A stretch of DNA of 64,000 nt from Octopus vulgaris (GCA_951406725.2 OX597840.1:40052001-40116000), one strand, 5' to 3'; counted from the stretch's first letter, positions 11,313 to 26,585 are shown. A program made the numbers and translations. Notes: a model not told the origin generated them from the sequence alone.

Positions 11313-11730
11313 TAGGCTGTGTGGTAAGTAGCTTGCTAACCAACCACATGGTTCCGGGTTCAGTCCCACTGCGTGGCATCTTGGGCAAGTGTCTTCCACT
11401 ATAGCCCCGGGCCGACCAATGCCTTGTGAGTGGATTTGGTAGACGGAAACTGAAAGAAGCCTGTCGTATATATGTATATATATATACGTGTGTGTGTGTA
11501 TGTGTTTGTGTGTTTGTGTGTGTTTGTTCCCCTAGCATTGCTTGACAACCGATGCTGGTGTGTTTACGTCCCCGTCACTTAGCGGTTCGGCAAAAAAGAG
11601 ACCGATAGAGTAAGTACTGGGCTTACAAAGAATAAGTCCCGGGGTCGATTTGCTCGACTAAAGGTGGTGCTCCAGCATGGCCGCAGTCAAATGACTGAAA
11701 CAAGTAAAAGAGTAAAAGAGTAAAAGAGTA
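11313..11730 (+). mobile_element. SINE family A, young full-length copy
   Basis: Highly similar to 50902-51327. tRNA-like head, internal TA/TG tract, tail ending (gtaaaaga)n. Confidence 0.92.
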
Positions 11731-11957
11731 TATGTGTGTATGTGTGTGTGTGTGTGAGTATGTATATGTGTGCGCCGGTAAAAAATTTAATTGTGTGGAG
11801 ATAAATAGATCAGTCTTAGCCTTCTATAAATTAAAAATTACTCGTCCACGGATACAGTGAACTTGCTACATAACCCTAAGCTTTGATCCGATTTTACACC
11901 TTTCAAATACTATGATATCCGGACATTACTGTACCACATAGAACGCATTCTTATTCT

Positions 11958-12260
11958 ATTGGAGGCACATGGCCTAGTGGTTAGAGCAGCGGACTCGCGG
12001 TCGAGGGATCGCGGGTTCGAATCTCAGACCGGGCGATATGTGTGTTTAAGAGCGAAACATCTAAGCTCCAAGTAGCTCCGGCAGAAGGTAATGGCGCTAC
12101 TTCTACTAACTCTTTCTCCACAACTTTCTCTCACTCTTTCCTCCTGCATCTTGCAGCTCACCTGCGACGGACCAGCGTCCCGTCCAGGTGGGGAACCTAT
12201 ACACCAAAGAAACCGGGAAACCGGCCCTTATGAACCAGCCATTGCTCGAGAAGGAACAAC
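11958..12260 (+). mobile_element. SINE family B (head type 1, tail type 2)
   Basis: ggaggcacatggcctagtggttagagcagcggactcgcggtcgagggatcgcgggttcgaatc. 12-bp TSD cattcttattct at 11946-11957 and 12261-12272. Confidence 0.9.
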
Positions 12261-12857
12261 CATTCTTATTCTCCATTAAACGGCAAAGATTGATAACTAT
12301 GAAAAGTCAGCTTGCGCTTTTCAACCGTAGTCTTTTGGTTGTTGAAAACTAAAAGCAGTAACAGCTGCCTAATTCTAACCCATGATTTTATCGACATTCG
12401 GGTAGATACAGTGCAGGACTAACCCATAATAATTTGTAATGGTTATGTAAAAGCTTCGACTAAATATACCAGAACTTTTGTCTAACACACTTGATATTCT
12501 TGAAGTACATCCACTATCCACGGAAAGAAGGGCATGTCGATCACTCGAGAACGAATGTCAATTGATACGAGGTTCCCTTCTTTTGGCTAATATTTTCAGA
12601 TGTTTTCTTATTTTTTGATACATTCTGATACAACGAGTCCGCCTACATGTCAGAATACAATTTTGTATCCTGGATTAAGGGTAATAAATCCATACATACT
12701 TTGTATTCAAAATTGCGTCTTCCACTTCCGTTTTGTTGTCGTAACCATATTTATTGTAGCTTTAATTATATTAATCAGCTTCTAACTCCTGACTCACTCG
12801 CCTAAAACAGAAATGCTTCTTTGCTTCCTATTTCAATGAGCAGAGATGTGTGATGGA

Positions 12858-13700
<843 letters not shown>

Positions 13701-14154
13701 CGTACACGCATGCGTGGCGTGTTACTATTTGTGTGAGCACTTATACTTTCCATTATCCCTTAAAGCACTAATCCGTTTTTCCCTCCCCACAACTGACCCC
13801 CATCTACATCCCCTTTCCATTAAGCCTAAAGCGCACCTGTTCCCGGTGCCTTGCCACTTAAATCCGTGACCACATTCCACCTGAGTCTACTCCATAAATA
13901 TTTGCCTGCAGATTATTGGATATTTCATGAGCCTGGAAAATTCTGTAATTCATGGATAGCTCTCTGGTTATTAGTTATAGCATTCTACAAACTGAATCTG
14001 ATTGCGTTCTGGACAGAATTGAAAGATATTTATTGTGCGATGTAGGAAATTGCTTTCTTGGATCGCGGTTCCTCTGACCACTTATAGCAGCGAGACGTGT
14101 CCTATGTATCTACGTATGTATGTATGTACGTATGTATGTATGTGCGTATGTATA

Positions 14155-14199
<45 letters not shown>

Positions 14200-14286
14200 A
14201 TATATATACACTAATATATATACATAGGCATTACTATATAGGTATATGTATACAGGTATATATATATATTCATATGTGTATGTACA

Positions 14287-14344
<58 letters not shown>

Positions 14345-14487
14345 TGCAACTATATCCATAAATAAATCGATGTATAGAACATATTTAATATATATATAGA
14401 GAGAGAAAGGTATGTATATACAGGTATCTATATACATATACATACATACTTATATATACATATACATATATATTATATATGTCTATG

Positions 14488-14541
<54 letters not shown>

Positions 14542-14622
14542 TATATAGATAGATAATGATATAGATATAGATATATATATTTACATACTCATATATATGC
14601 ATATACATATGTATATGTATGC

Positions 14623-14654
<32 letters not shown>

Positions 14655-14738
14655 ATGTGTGTGAACAAATTAATAGATAAGTATATACACATGTATATGT
14701 TTCAATACATAAGTGCACACACACACAAACACACAAAT

Positions 14739-14797
<59 letters not shown>

Positions 14798-14903
14798 TAC
14801 ATACATACATGTACACATACATATGAATATATATATATACTTGTATACCTATATATTGATGCCTATATATATATATATATATATACACTCATATATATAT
14901 ACA

Positions 14904-14937
<34 letters not shown>

Positions 14938-15451
14938 CATTAATATATACGTATATGTATACACGTATATATATATATTCATATGTATATATATATATAT
15001 ATATACGTATCCATATAGATATGGATATTAATATTCGCTCGCAGAACTAGCCAGGAACAAACCTACGTGCATACAAACGTACAAAGCCGAGATTGTATGT
15101 TCCTCTATGTAGGTATATAAGAAAACGTGACTCGCCTTGCGTGTGTATGTGGAAGGACGGCTGGGAGTTAGCGAGTAATTTATAACTAAATGGTTTTCCT
15201 AGCCATTTTATTTCCTTTGTTTTCTGATTCTTTATGCTGAGGAATATGTGTAGAGAGCAGAATGTAAAAGGTGAGCTCGCAACCTGAAAATAGAGGAGAA
15301 TAAAAACGCATATTAAATGTCCATCCTTATATGCGTGTATGAGTGCGTACATGCTCGCATTAATGTCCCTCTGTTAACATGTATATATATATACGTTTGT
15401 GTGTGTGTCTGTATGTGTGTGTGTGTATGTATGTATATAAATATATTATGC

Positions 15452-15485
<34 letters not shown>

Positions 15486-15834
15486 GCATATTTACCTATG
15501 CATATTGACTGTATTTATGCGTATATATTATATATGATCACTATTTAGTAAATATTTTTATATACATACATATATATTTATATGCACATATATATACGTC
15601 CGTATAATGTATATACTTATGTATAAATATATATAGTATAACGCTCAGGAATATATATTTGTACATATATATATATATATGTATATATATTAATGTATAC
15701 ATGTGTCTGTGTATATATACATGTATATATATATACATATTTGTATATATGTGTAAGGCATGCGTGTATGTCTGTATCTATATATTTATATTTGCATATG
15801 TATATTTGTATATCTATATATATATATCTATATA

Positions 15835-15890
<56 letters not shown>

Positions 15891-16029
15891 TATATACATA
15901 CCTATATATATATATAATTAGATATACGATAAAATTAGTTCTTCTGCTCCTTTTCCAACTACTTATCGTACCGTTCATTATTTGGTCTTTTCTTCCACTT
16001 ATTACCACACAAGAATATTAAGAATTCCT

Positions 16030-16515
<486 letters not shown>

Positions 16516-16970
16516 TTTCCCTCAGTCACCTTCACACTCGTCAATATTGCTCTACCTGACGTTTTTCCAACTGAAATGGTTTTTACGGTCAAATGTCAAG
16601 TTATGATTAAATATTACGTTGTATATTAATATCTGCACACAAAACCGTTTCGCAGGCCACGCTCTGCCGTAAACGTATACACACACCTCTTGGCATATAC
16701 ATATATATACATATATATATATATATACTCTGCCAAGCCGAAAGCCATGGCGTGCCAGACCGGACGCTAACATATTTACTATGAAAACGTGATAGGCACA
16801 TTAGATAACATAAGAGACTGAACAATTCGGAAGTAATTTATTAATGGCAAAGGCGGTTCAAACGGGTTTTTATTGATAGATATTTATGTTTCAATATCGT
16901 TAAAGTAAATGGCGAGCAAGCATCGCCATCGCCGCAGACAGAGGCGTCAGCATCACCTTCGTAACGTAAG

Positions 16971-16985
16971 AGCGCCATCTAGTGG
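16971..16985 (-). promoter_or_regulatory. Candidate CTCF site
   Basis: Minus strand CCACTAGATGGCGCT is an exact fit to the bilaterian CTCF core CCASYAGRKGGCRS. It lies in a non-repetitive, CpG-containing island. Confidence 0.55.
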
Positions 16986-17309
16986 AATTAATGTGATCAA
17001 TAAGACAGGTTTTTCCTTCGGTTTTCTAATATGGCGGCTGCTCTTCTACTCCGGACGTATTTTTATCAGCGAATTAGAATCCTTCTCGCTTTGCATATAT
17101 GAATATCTTTATATAAATATGTATATGTGGTAGACAGAGAGAGAGAGGATTAGTGAGTATATATATGTGTCTGTGTGTGTGTATGTGCGTGTGTGTGCGT
17201 GTGTGTGAAGGTACATATACATGTGTGTGTATGTGCATATATGGTATGCTTGTATTTATACATGCATATACAAATATATTAAATACTTCTATATACGTAT
17301 AAATGTATG

Positions 17310-17660
<351 letters not shown>

Positions 17661-18085
17661 AGTTGATTGGCGGAAATTGTAAAGGGGTGGACAACATCTA
17701 TTGGTATTTTCTCCCCTTTTTATGCACGTGTTCGAACTACGCCGAGACCATCCATACTTCCAGGGTCAATTAAATTAATTGCCAAACACAACCGGTGGAT
17801 TAGCATAAGAAATAGAGTAGTGGACTCTATGACTTGCGGCACTGCTTCCAGCACTTCCGGTTTCTAGTTGTCCTCGTTGCAAGCTATGTCGGCCCTTGGG
17901 TTTCCCTTGGAAACCATTGGTTACCTAGAGGGGACAAACTTGCTGTATTTACAACCGTATATTTCTATAAAACTGTAGATAACTCTGCATTAATGCAAGG
18001 TCCGTTCCAGGAATCTAAAGATCGTAAGATTACTCATATACGTTCTATATGAGCGTGTGTGTGTGTGTGTTTGTGTGTGTGTGTA

Positions 18086-18132
<47 letters not shown>

Positions 18133-18312
18133 CCGGGCGCGTGCGTCTCTATGTGCGTCATGTATGTGTAATATTTTACCTCTACTAACGTAAATGTATT
18201 ATGTATGTATGTATATATAAATAAATATAGATAGATAAATAGACAGATAGATAGTTAGGTCGATATATGATAGATAGATATAAATATATATATATACATG
18301 TCTGAACATATA

Positions 18313-18391
<79 letters not shown>

Positions 18392-18426
18392 GTATATATA
18401 CGTATATATTCTTATATGTACATATA

Positions 18427-18465
<39 letters not shown>

Positions 18466-18857
18466 CAAACCCTTACACATTTGCACAACACACGCGCCTA
18501 TGAAATATTACTTTTATGTAAATATATGCAAATATAATATTCTTGTATAAATTTATGTATGTTTGCAAGTATACACGTATATACAGGAAGACTCATTTAT
18601 TGAATAAATGGTCCATAATTGACACTGATCAGGCCGCTTCAGGAAGACTCCAAGAAATGGTGTTCCACCACCTGATATATGGTGGGGGGCCTGATTTTAC
18701 CATTTTCGAGGGAGATAAGAAAGAGGCAATATTGATTGCATTCTACCAATAGTAATGTTCCACAGAACCAAATTAAACCGATAACTTCCGTCTGTTTCCA
18801 CATCTGGAACTGTTGGTATTTACCGGAAATATTCTAAAGACGTAGCACAAATATTTA

Positions 18858-19608
18858 CCAGAATCGTTAGTACACCGGATAAAAAGCTTAGCGGTATTTC
18901 GTTCGTCTTTACATTCTGAGTTTAAATTGCGCCGATGTCGACTTTGCCTTTCATTCTTTCGGGGTCGATTAAATAAGTACCAGTTACGCACTGGGGTCGA
19001 TATAATCCACTTAATCCGTTTGTCTGTCCTTGTTTGTCTTCTCTGTGTTTAGCCCCTTGTGGGTTGTAAAGAAATAGGTATTTCGTCTGCCGCTACGTTC
19101 TGAGTTCAAATTCTGCAGAGATCGACTTTGCCTTCCTTTCGGGTCGATTAAATAAGTACCAGTTACGCACTGTGGTCGATATAATCGATTAAATCCGTGT
19201 GTCTGTCCTTGTTTGTCCTCTCTGTGTTTAGCCCCTTGTGGGTAGTAAAGAAATAGGTATTTCGTCTGCCGTTACGTTCTGAGTTCAAATTCTGCCGAGG
19301 TCGACTTTGCCTTTCATTCTTTCGGATTCGATTAAATAAGTACCAGTTACGCACTGGGGTCGATATATTCAGCTTAATCCGTTTGTCCGTCCTTGTTTGT
19401 CCCCTCTGTGTTTAACCCCTTGTGGGTAGTAAAGAAATATAGGTATTTCGTTCGTCTTTACGTTCTGGGTTCAAATTCCGATAAAATCGATTCTGCCTTT
19501 TATTCTTTCGAAATCGATTAGATAAATACCAGTTGAGTGCTGTGGTTGGTGTAATCGATTTACTTCCACCCCAGAAATTACTGGCCTTGTGCAACATTTC
19601 GCACTAAT
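18858..19608 (+). mobile_element. SINE family C array: three young-tail units plus a terminal older host body
   Basis: Units gtatttcg...gagttcaaattc...gcctttcat.ctttcggggtcgat.aaataagtaccag...gtaaagaaatag; the last unit has a different tail. Outer TSD atattt(a/g)ccagaat at 18851-18864 and 19609-19622. Confidence 0.88.
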
Positions 19609-19633
19609 ATATTTGCCAGAATTTTAAGGAGAT

Positions 19634-19805
19634 CCAGAGACAACGAGCCATTTCGATCTGGTAGAGGTAGAAATTCATTAAGGAATAAATGCATAGAACA
19701 GAGGCTCCTGCTTTATCTGTTGTTTTTTTATCTAAGGTAAGCATTTGACACGTTGATTTCATGTGCGCTGTGAAGAATCCTAAGAAAGTTCGAGTTCTCA
19801 CCTAT
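19634..19805 (+). pseudogene. Highly decayed RTE-type LINE reverse transcriptase fragment
   Basis: Reads PET..(frameshift)..FRSGRG ... NKCIEQRLLLYLLFFYLR*AFDTLISCAL*RILRKF, against the RTE-like pattern PESQCGFR.GR...EKCREQ..PLY..F.DL.KAFD.V....LW.IL.KFG. Confidence 0.6.
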
Positions 19806-19994
19806 GCATACTGGCAGAACGACCTCTTTGGCTCAGAGATCTGTAGGACCATGAAAATTGATCTCGGAATCTTCGGATTTATTCCGGTATGCGGAGCTGC
19901 TGATGCTTAAACGGTTCAGTTAGAGCTTTACCCAGGGTTATTGTTCCTCACATGAATACAGCGAAACAACCACTAAACTCTCTGATGTGACTTT

Positions 19995-20300
19995 GTAGTT
20001 ATGGTATTCGGCTCACGAGTGTAAAGTTGTGAGTTCAATTCCCCGCGTCGCGTTGTGTCCTTGAGCAAACGCTTTATTTCACGTTGCTCCAGTCCACTCA
20101 GCTGGCAAAATTGAGTAGTACCAGTATTTCAAAGGGGCCATCCTTATCACATTCTGTATCACAGTGAATCTCCCCGAGAACTACGTTAAGGTGACGCGTG
20201 TCTGTGGTGTACTCAACCACTTGCCAATTAATTTCACGAGCAGATTCTTCCGTTGATCGGATCACCTGCGGCCCTCGTCGTCGTAACCGACGGAGAGCCG
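19995..20300 (+). mobile_element. SINE family B (head type 2, tail type 1)
   Basis: gagttcaattcc...gttgtgtccttgagcaa...cacgttgctccagtccactcagctggcaaaa...ctcgtcgtcgtaaccgacggag. Confidence 0.85.
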
Positions 20301-20667
20301 GTTACTATCTGTTCGTACTATGACTAATAATATTAAAATATTTGTTAAACAATGCAATAGATCATAATACAATATTAATCAACACCGTAATTGATTTTTA
20401 AAAAATTATTAATTAATTTTCTGTTTGTATTATAATAAAATATAATGAACAGTGATACTTCATAATAGATATTTGAATAATGTGATTGATTATAGGTGAT
20501 ATAAATGGGTGAGATAAGCATCAGGGATGCTTTGCTCCATGCAGAGTCTGCAACAACGAATCAGAGGTTTTGCAAGCTTTTCTAAATCCAAAGCAATGCT
20601 GAAAACCTTTCCAGGTCGTCAACTTGTACCTCAGGGTCGCTTTCGTATGTATATATATATATATGTG

Positions 20668-20705
<38 letters not shown>

Positions 20706-21121
20706 TGTCTGAGTGTGTATCTCTGTGTGTGTATGTCTGTGTGTATATGTATAAATATATACATATACACACAGACATACACATGAACATACTTATATAT
20801 ATGTATGTATAGATACATGCATACCTACATATATATGTATATTGCGTTCTACACCAGGTTTTTGTCTCACAATGTCTAAGCGATATATATATATTTATAT
20901 ATATATATATATACGTGCGCGTGCGCACTCACATACGCATATAATTACACGTACACATAGTAGAAGGATGCACAGATATTTAGAAAAAGAGAGAAAGAAA
21001 GAGAGAGAGTGTGAGAAACATAGAGAAAGAAAAAATCATAACAGATCAACCACCATATGATTCGATCCATTTCTAACAGATGCAACTCTGAAAATTAGCG
21101 AACTTACAAGCTCAAAATACC

Positions 21122-21910
21122 TTTTTTTTTCTACTATAGGCACAAGGCTCAACAATTTTGGGAGAGGGAATCAATTGATTATATCGACCCCAGTATGCAA
21201 CTGGTACTTAATTTATCGACCCTGAAAGGATGAACGGCAAAGTTGACCTCGGCGGAATTTGAACTCAGAACGTAACAACAGACGGAATTCGTATTTCTTT
21301 ACTACCTGCAAGGGGCTAAACACTGAGAGGACAAACAAGGACAGACAAACGGATTAAGTCGATTACATCGACCCCAGTGCGTAACTGGCACTTAATTTAT
21401 CGACGCCCCGAAAGGATGAAAGGCAAAGTCGACCTCGGCGGAAATTGAAATCAGAACGTAAAGACAGACGAAATACGGCTAAGCATTTCGCCCGGCGTGC
21501 TAACGTTTCTGCCAGCTCGCCACCTTTGTATATTAGAATATTTTTTCTACTCTAGGCACAAGGCCCGAAGTTTTTGTGGAGGGAGACCAGTCGATTGGAT
21601 CGATCCAGTATGCAACTGGCACTTAATTTATCGACCCCTAAAGGATGAAAGGCAATGTCCGGCGTGCTAACGATTCTTATTTCTTTATTGCCCACAAGGG
21701 GCCAAACACAGAGAGGAAAAAACAAGGACAGTCAAAGGGATTAAGTCGATTACATCGACCCAAGTGCGTAACTCGTACTTAATTCATCGACCCCGAAAGG
21801 ATGAAAGGCAAAGTCGACCTCGGCGGAATTTGAACTCAGAACGTAACGGCAGACGAAATACGGCTACGCATTTCATCCGGCGCGCTAACGTTTCTGCCAG
21901 CTCGCCGCCT
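21122..21910 (-). mobile_element. Two adjacent SINE family C composites (each a young unit joined to an older-tail copy)
   Basis: Heads (ctgccagctcgcc) at ~21520 and ~21905. Old-type tails (ttttctact.taggcacaagg) at ~21128 and ~21543. Confidence 0.85.
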
Positions 21911-22284
21911 TTGCCCACCAAAATACAATCAACATGAGAGACGCGTTTTCGACGTAAGCGTTTCTCGAAATAAACAGCGGGTTTCGCTACGGCCTCGGCG
22001 TCGGCCTTACCGGCTGCTCTCCCCCCCCTTTACCAATAACAACATTAATGCCACCACCACCAGCAGCAGCAGCAGCAGCGGTAGCAGCGGCAAGTCAACC
22101 ATTCTGATCATTACCGTTATTGTTTAAAGCCCTCTTAAATATTTTCCCATTCTTTTCATTCTTTCAGATCAATGCTATCAAAGCTCTTCTTTATGGTTTC
22201 ATTCGGTTTTTATTATTACTTCTAATACCACCACCACTATCATAAATAATACTACTGCTAATACTAATACTAACAGCAGCCGTG

Positions 22285-22288
22285 ATAA

Positions 22289-22321
<33 letters not shown>

Positions 22322-22400
22322 TATTATTATTATCATTAATATTATTATTATTATTATTATTATTATTGTTATTATTATTATTATTATTATTATTGTTATT
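22285..22400. repeat. (ATC)n/(ATT)n microsatellite
   Basis: Direct read. Confidence 0.95.
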
Positions 22401-22554
22401 GTGTTATTGCTTTATTGCTTTTGTGGGGGTTTTCTTGTGTGTTTGTGTTTTTGTGCGCCCACGTGTGAGTGCGTGTGTATGTGTGTGCGTGTGTGTTGAC
22501 ATCGAAATAAAAAGTGACATATTATTTGTGATGATTATGTTAGTGGCTAAACTA

Positions 22555-22597
<43 letters not shown>

Positions 22598-22694
22598 GGT
22601 GTGTGTGTATGTAAATATATATACATATATACATACATAGCTGTATATGTATATGTATGTATATATGTAATGTATAATGTATGTGTACCTATAC

Positions 22695-22735
<41 letters not shown>

Positions 22736-22852
22736 CATATATATATATATATATATATTAAGTATACGTATAATGTACGTATATCTATATGTCTATATAT
22801 ATATATAGATATCCATATATATATACGCATATATATATACATACATACATAC

Positions 22853-22900
<48 letters not shown>

Positions 22901-23781
22901 TCAAATTGAAAGACAGAGAGCTGACAATCAGTCAGACAGACAATCTATTAACTATAGTATCATAGATTAATCAATTAAAAAGTAGATATACGTATGTGTG
23001 CGCATGCGTATGTCTGTTCATATTTACCTCTGTTTCTATGAGTCTGTGCCTCTATATCTATGTGTGTGTGTGTGGTGTGTGTGTGGATGTATCTGTGTGT
23101 TTATGACACTGTGTGATTGTGTGTTTCGGTGCTTTAATATTATTTTATTGGTCTCGGGAATCTCGTTCAATATTGAAATAAAACCAGTTGAGGAGTGATA
23201 TTATAGATTTAAGAGATTACTACAGCTCTTAATAGATCCATCACCGATATAATTCTAGCTTAGTATCATCTCGTTAAAATACAATTTCTTCATGATAGAG
23301 TAATACGCTCCATCAGGCCAAGTCCGTCCGGCTGTAGACTCAGTAGCAACACCGAAAACCGAAGTTTCGTATCCCATCATTGCATAGACACATCTTGGGG
23401 CTTTTTCCATGACAAAATCTAGTTATATATTGTTTGGAGTTTCATGGGTAATTGAGAACCAATGGACTACTAGAATGTTCAGTTCTTGTATTGGTGTGCT
23501 GGGTTTTATGCTTCAGTAATTCTTAGACCTATGCTAGCGTTATGCATGCACTTATAAGGGTCTCCAATGCCGGAGGGGTTAAAGAACGGAAGCATTATAA
23601 ATATGGACTACCTTTTTCTTGTGGTAAAAATGGGTTTGCATAGGGCCAACGTTTCTTCCCTAAAAAAAAAACAAGAAATGTTACAAAAGTCTCAATGACA
23701 ATTAAAAACCAGCGAAGGAGACCAGGATGAGGAATGCCTTACCTGGTGCTGCAAAATTCGAAAGGATGCTGGAAGGCTGAT

Positions 23782-23963
23782 AACCGATGCTGGTGTGTTT
23801 ACGTCCCCGTAACTTAGTGGTTTGGCAAAAGAGACCGATAGAATAAGTACTAGGCTTGCAAAGAATAAGTCCTGGGGTCGATTTGCTCGACTAACGGCGG
23901 TGCTACAGCATGGCCACAGTCAAATAACTGAAACAAGTAAAAGAGTAAAAGAGTAAAAGAGTA
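23782..23963 (+). mobile_element. SINE family A, 5'-truncated tail
   Basis: aaccgatgctggtgtgtttacgtccccgtaacttag...gaaacaagtaaaagagtaaaagag. Confidence 0.88.
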
Positions 23964-24051
23964 ATCAAGCAAATATATGTACATACGCATAACAGAGGCA
24001 TGTAAACACAATCGTACAATGGCTCGGTTGAAAATATTATTATCCAAAATA

Positions 24052-24096
<45 letters not shown>

Positions 24097-24240
24097 GGTG
24101 AGTATGTAGGGATAAATTATGTAGGCGGGTATTGTAATAACTCTGTGGTATATTCCAGGTTTCGGCTAAGCGCATCAAGTAGAAATAAGCACTAATGACC
24201 GCTTAGTATGAGCGATCTCGTTACAATTCTTCCGATGGTT

Positions 24241-25240
24241 CAGTGGTGAGGAAACTTTTTAACGCGGCGGGAAAAAAATTCCAAAGAAAATGGCCTTCGG
24301 GCAGATCACAAGTTCTAACTCATATCTGTGTAAAACTTATGTATATCAATGTATAATTCGATATACATTATTAAAGATAATTTTGTTTTTGGATTTGGTT
24401 TGCAAGATTCTTTATATGAGTTCGTGTGTTGAAGCATATTCTGTTGTGTCTGGGGAGAGTCATTCTCTTTTAGTACCTTATTATTTAAGTGTGTTAAATA
24501 ATAAGGCACTAAAAGAGAATGACTCTCCCCAGACACAACAGAATATTAAAGATAAGTTTAATACATTTAATCAAAGTGTAACATCTTGATTAATGCCGCC
24601 ACTGAATTTAAAACGTCTATATTAATTAGAAGGTATTCTATATTTTTCAAAATGTACCTATCTTAATGATGCAGAAATCCTAACAGTCAAGCACAGACCG
24701 AATTTAATTTTGAAAAATTACATTAATACCTAAATAATATTATATGTAAATGACATATTTAAACAACTTTATCGTAGTGATAATTTTATCAAAGTTGATT
24801 AACCTTAACTTTAAATGTTGGTTTTATTTAGTGAGAAGGATGAAACTGCACTTTTTTTTTTCTCTTTTTTTGAAAGTTTGGGAATATCTCGTGTCTTTGA
24901 AGAAACTGCTATTCTTAATTCATTACTCAGATTTTCGCCAGTAAGTCTGGCATGAAGACGATTTCTTGCATAATTCAATTTGGAAAATAAACTGCTCACA
25001 TTGGTAAGTTGTTGAAAAATAAGAGAGATTTTTAAGTAAAGCGGGGAATTTCTCAGGATTGGTGGATTTGTGGAAGTCCAACAAAGACAGATTATTACAT
25101 TTCGATTTTATTAAGTTATCCGATTGCAAATCAATTAATAGTAATTGTAAGGAATCCGGAGCCTCCTCAGGACACATACCAAACCGTGTTTCAAAAACAC
25201 GTAGTTTTGTTATGTTATCTTGTATTTCTTCAAAGGTATT
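24241..25240 (-). mobile_element. hAT (Charlie/SPIN-like) DNA transposon remnant: transposase C-terminus plus a candidate terminal sequence
   Basis: Minus ORFs 24923-25177 and 24811-24999 join through a frameshift: PEEAPDSLQLLLIDLQSDNLIKSK...FPALLK...FSTTYQCEQ/LFSKLNYARNRLHARLTGENLSNELRIAVS. This is the hAT dimerisation-domain motif (STY.CE..FS...R.RL...L...LR). cagtggtgaggaaacttttt at 24241 resembles Charlie-type termini. Confidence 0.8.
24436..24546. repeat. Near-perfect inverted repeat (53-bp arms, 5-nt spacer) of a dispersed foldback family
   Basis: atattctgttgtgtctggggagagtcattctcttttagtaccttattatttaa and its reverse complement, with one mismatch. The same family occurs at 63424-63472 and 63881-64000. 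Confidence 0.9.
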
Positions 25241-25244
25241 AATA

Positions 25245-25415
25245 CTCTCTTACTCTCTTACTCTCTTACTCTCTTACTCCTTTTCTTGTTTCAGTCCTTT
25301 GACTGCCGCCATGCTAGAGCACCGCCTTTAGTCGAGCAAATCGACCCCGGGACTTATTCTTTGTAAACCTAGTACTTATTCTATCGGTCTCTTTTGCCGA
25401 ACCGCTAAGTGACGG
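25245..25415 (-). mobile_element. SINE family A tail inserted in the hAT remnant
   Basis: (ctcttact)n followed by ttgtttcagtc..tgactgc.gccatgct.gagcaccgcctttagtcgag. Confidence 0.88.
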
Positions 25416-26110
25416 CGATTCAAAGCTTGTTCGTTTTAGATAAAACAAATGCAGTTGTTGCTTATTTCAATAAAAAAAAATAAAGCTCCGTCCAATTTCC
25501 ATCAAACAAAGCACGTTCACCAGAAAAGAGTCCGACCGATAGACTAATTCCCAGGGTTAGCAAAAAATACGGAGCGGTGCTGATGGCGTTCGACTAAAAA
25601 AATTTGCTTCAAGGTGGTGCCCCAGAATGGCCGCAGTATATATTAACATATATCAACATTCCGTTTCTTCCATAATATCTGGGACCAAAATATTCAACAA
25701 AATCTCACCTGTTTTAAAGCTGGTACAGTTTAAATGCAGGGATGCTTCGCTGCTGTTTTTCAACAAGTCCCCTTTCCTAACCTACAGACTCTCCTACCTT
25801 AATTTGACCTGTATAATGTATTAAAGAGGGATAAATTCCTGGATATTTCTCTAGACATTCCTATCGCGAGAATCTATTATTTTTCTTTATTCAGTGTTCA
25901 ATTCGAGAAATTCTATACAAGTTTTCCTATCTTTTAGACCGAACTGGCAATCAGATGGAAAATCAGAGTTGATACAAAATAGAATACAATAAGTGTGAGG
26001 AAGAGACGAATCGGTGATCAGCTGACGGAGAAAACTAAACTAGAATACTATAGTGTGTTTGAATAGTGCTTAGTGAAATCTATTAAGAGACTTCAGACTC
26101 AATATATATG

Positions 26111-26145
<35 letters not shown>

Positions 26146-26219
26146 TATATATTTATGTATATGTATGTATATGTATGTATATATATTTTTTTTTCATTCA
26201 TGTATATATATATATTCAT

Positions 26220-26284
<65 letters not shown>

Positions 26285-26440
26285 CATGTGTGTGAGCATG
26301 TATGTACATAAGTTGTTTTTGTATGTATGAATATATATATATATATATATATATACGTATATATACATACATATATATGTTTATGTATGTATGAATATAT
26401 TATCTACATATATACATATATATGCTATATTTAACATACA

Positions 26441-26490
<50 letters not shown>

Positions 26491-26536
26491 CATAAGTCTA
26501 TATTCTTATATTCATCGAGATCAATGTAAATTATAC

Positions 26537-26585
<49 letters not shown>

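Noticed and set aside
13961-13980. miR-9-like sequence tctctggttattagttatag
   Set aside because: It has a seed mismatch and an indel relative to miR-9, and no convincing hairpin.
16909-17133. ORF MASKHRHRRRQRRQHH... as a basic nuclear peptide or first exon
   Set aside because: It is short, has no recognisable family, and runs into microsatellite. A gtaag at 16966 could be a donor site but nothing else supports an exon.
25840-25970. Possible second decayed RT fragment on the minus strand (SDCQFGLKDRKTC)
   Set aside because: Similarity to the RT Q.GFR..R motif is too short and is not backed by adjacent motifs.
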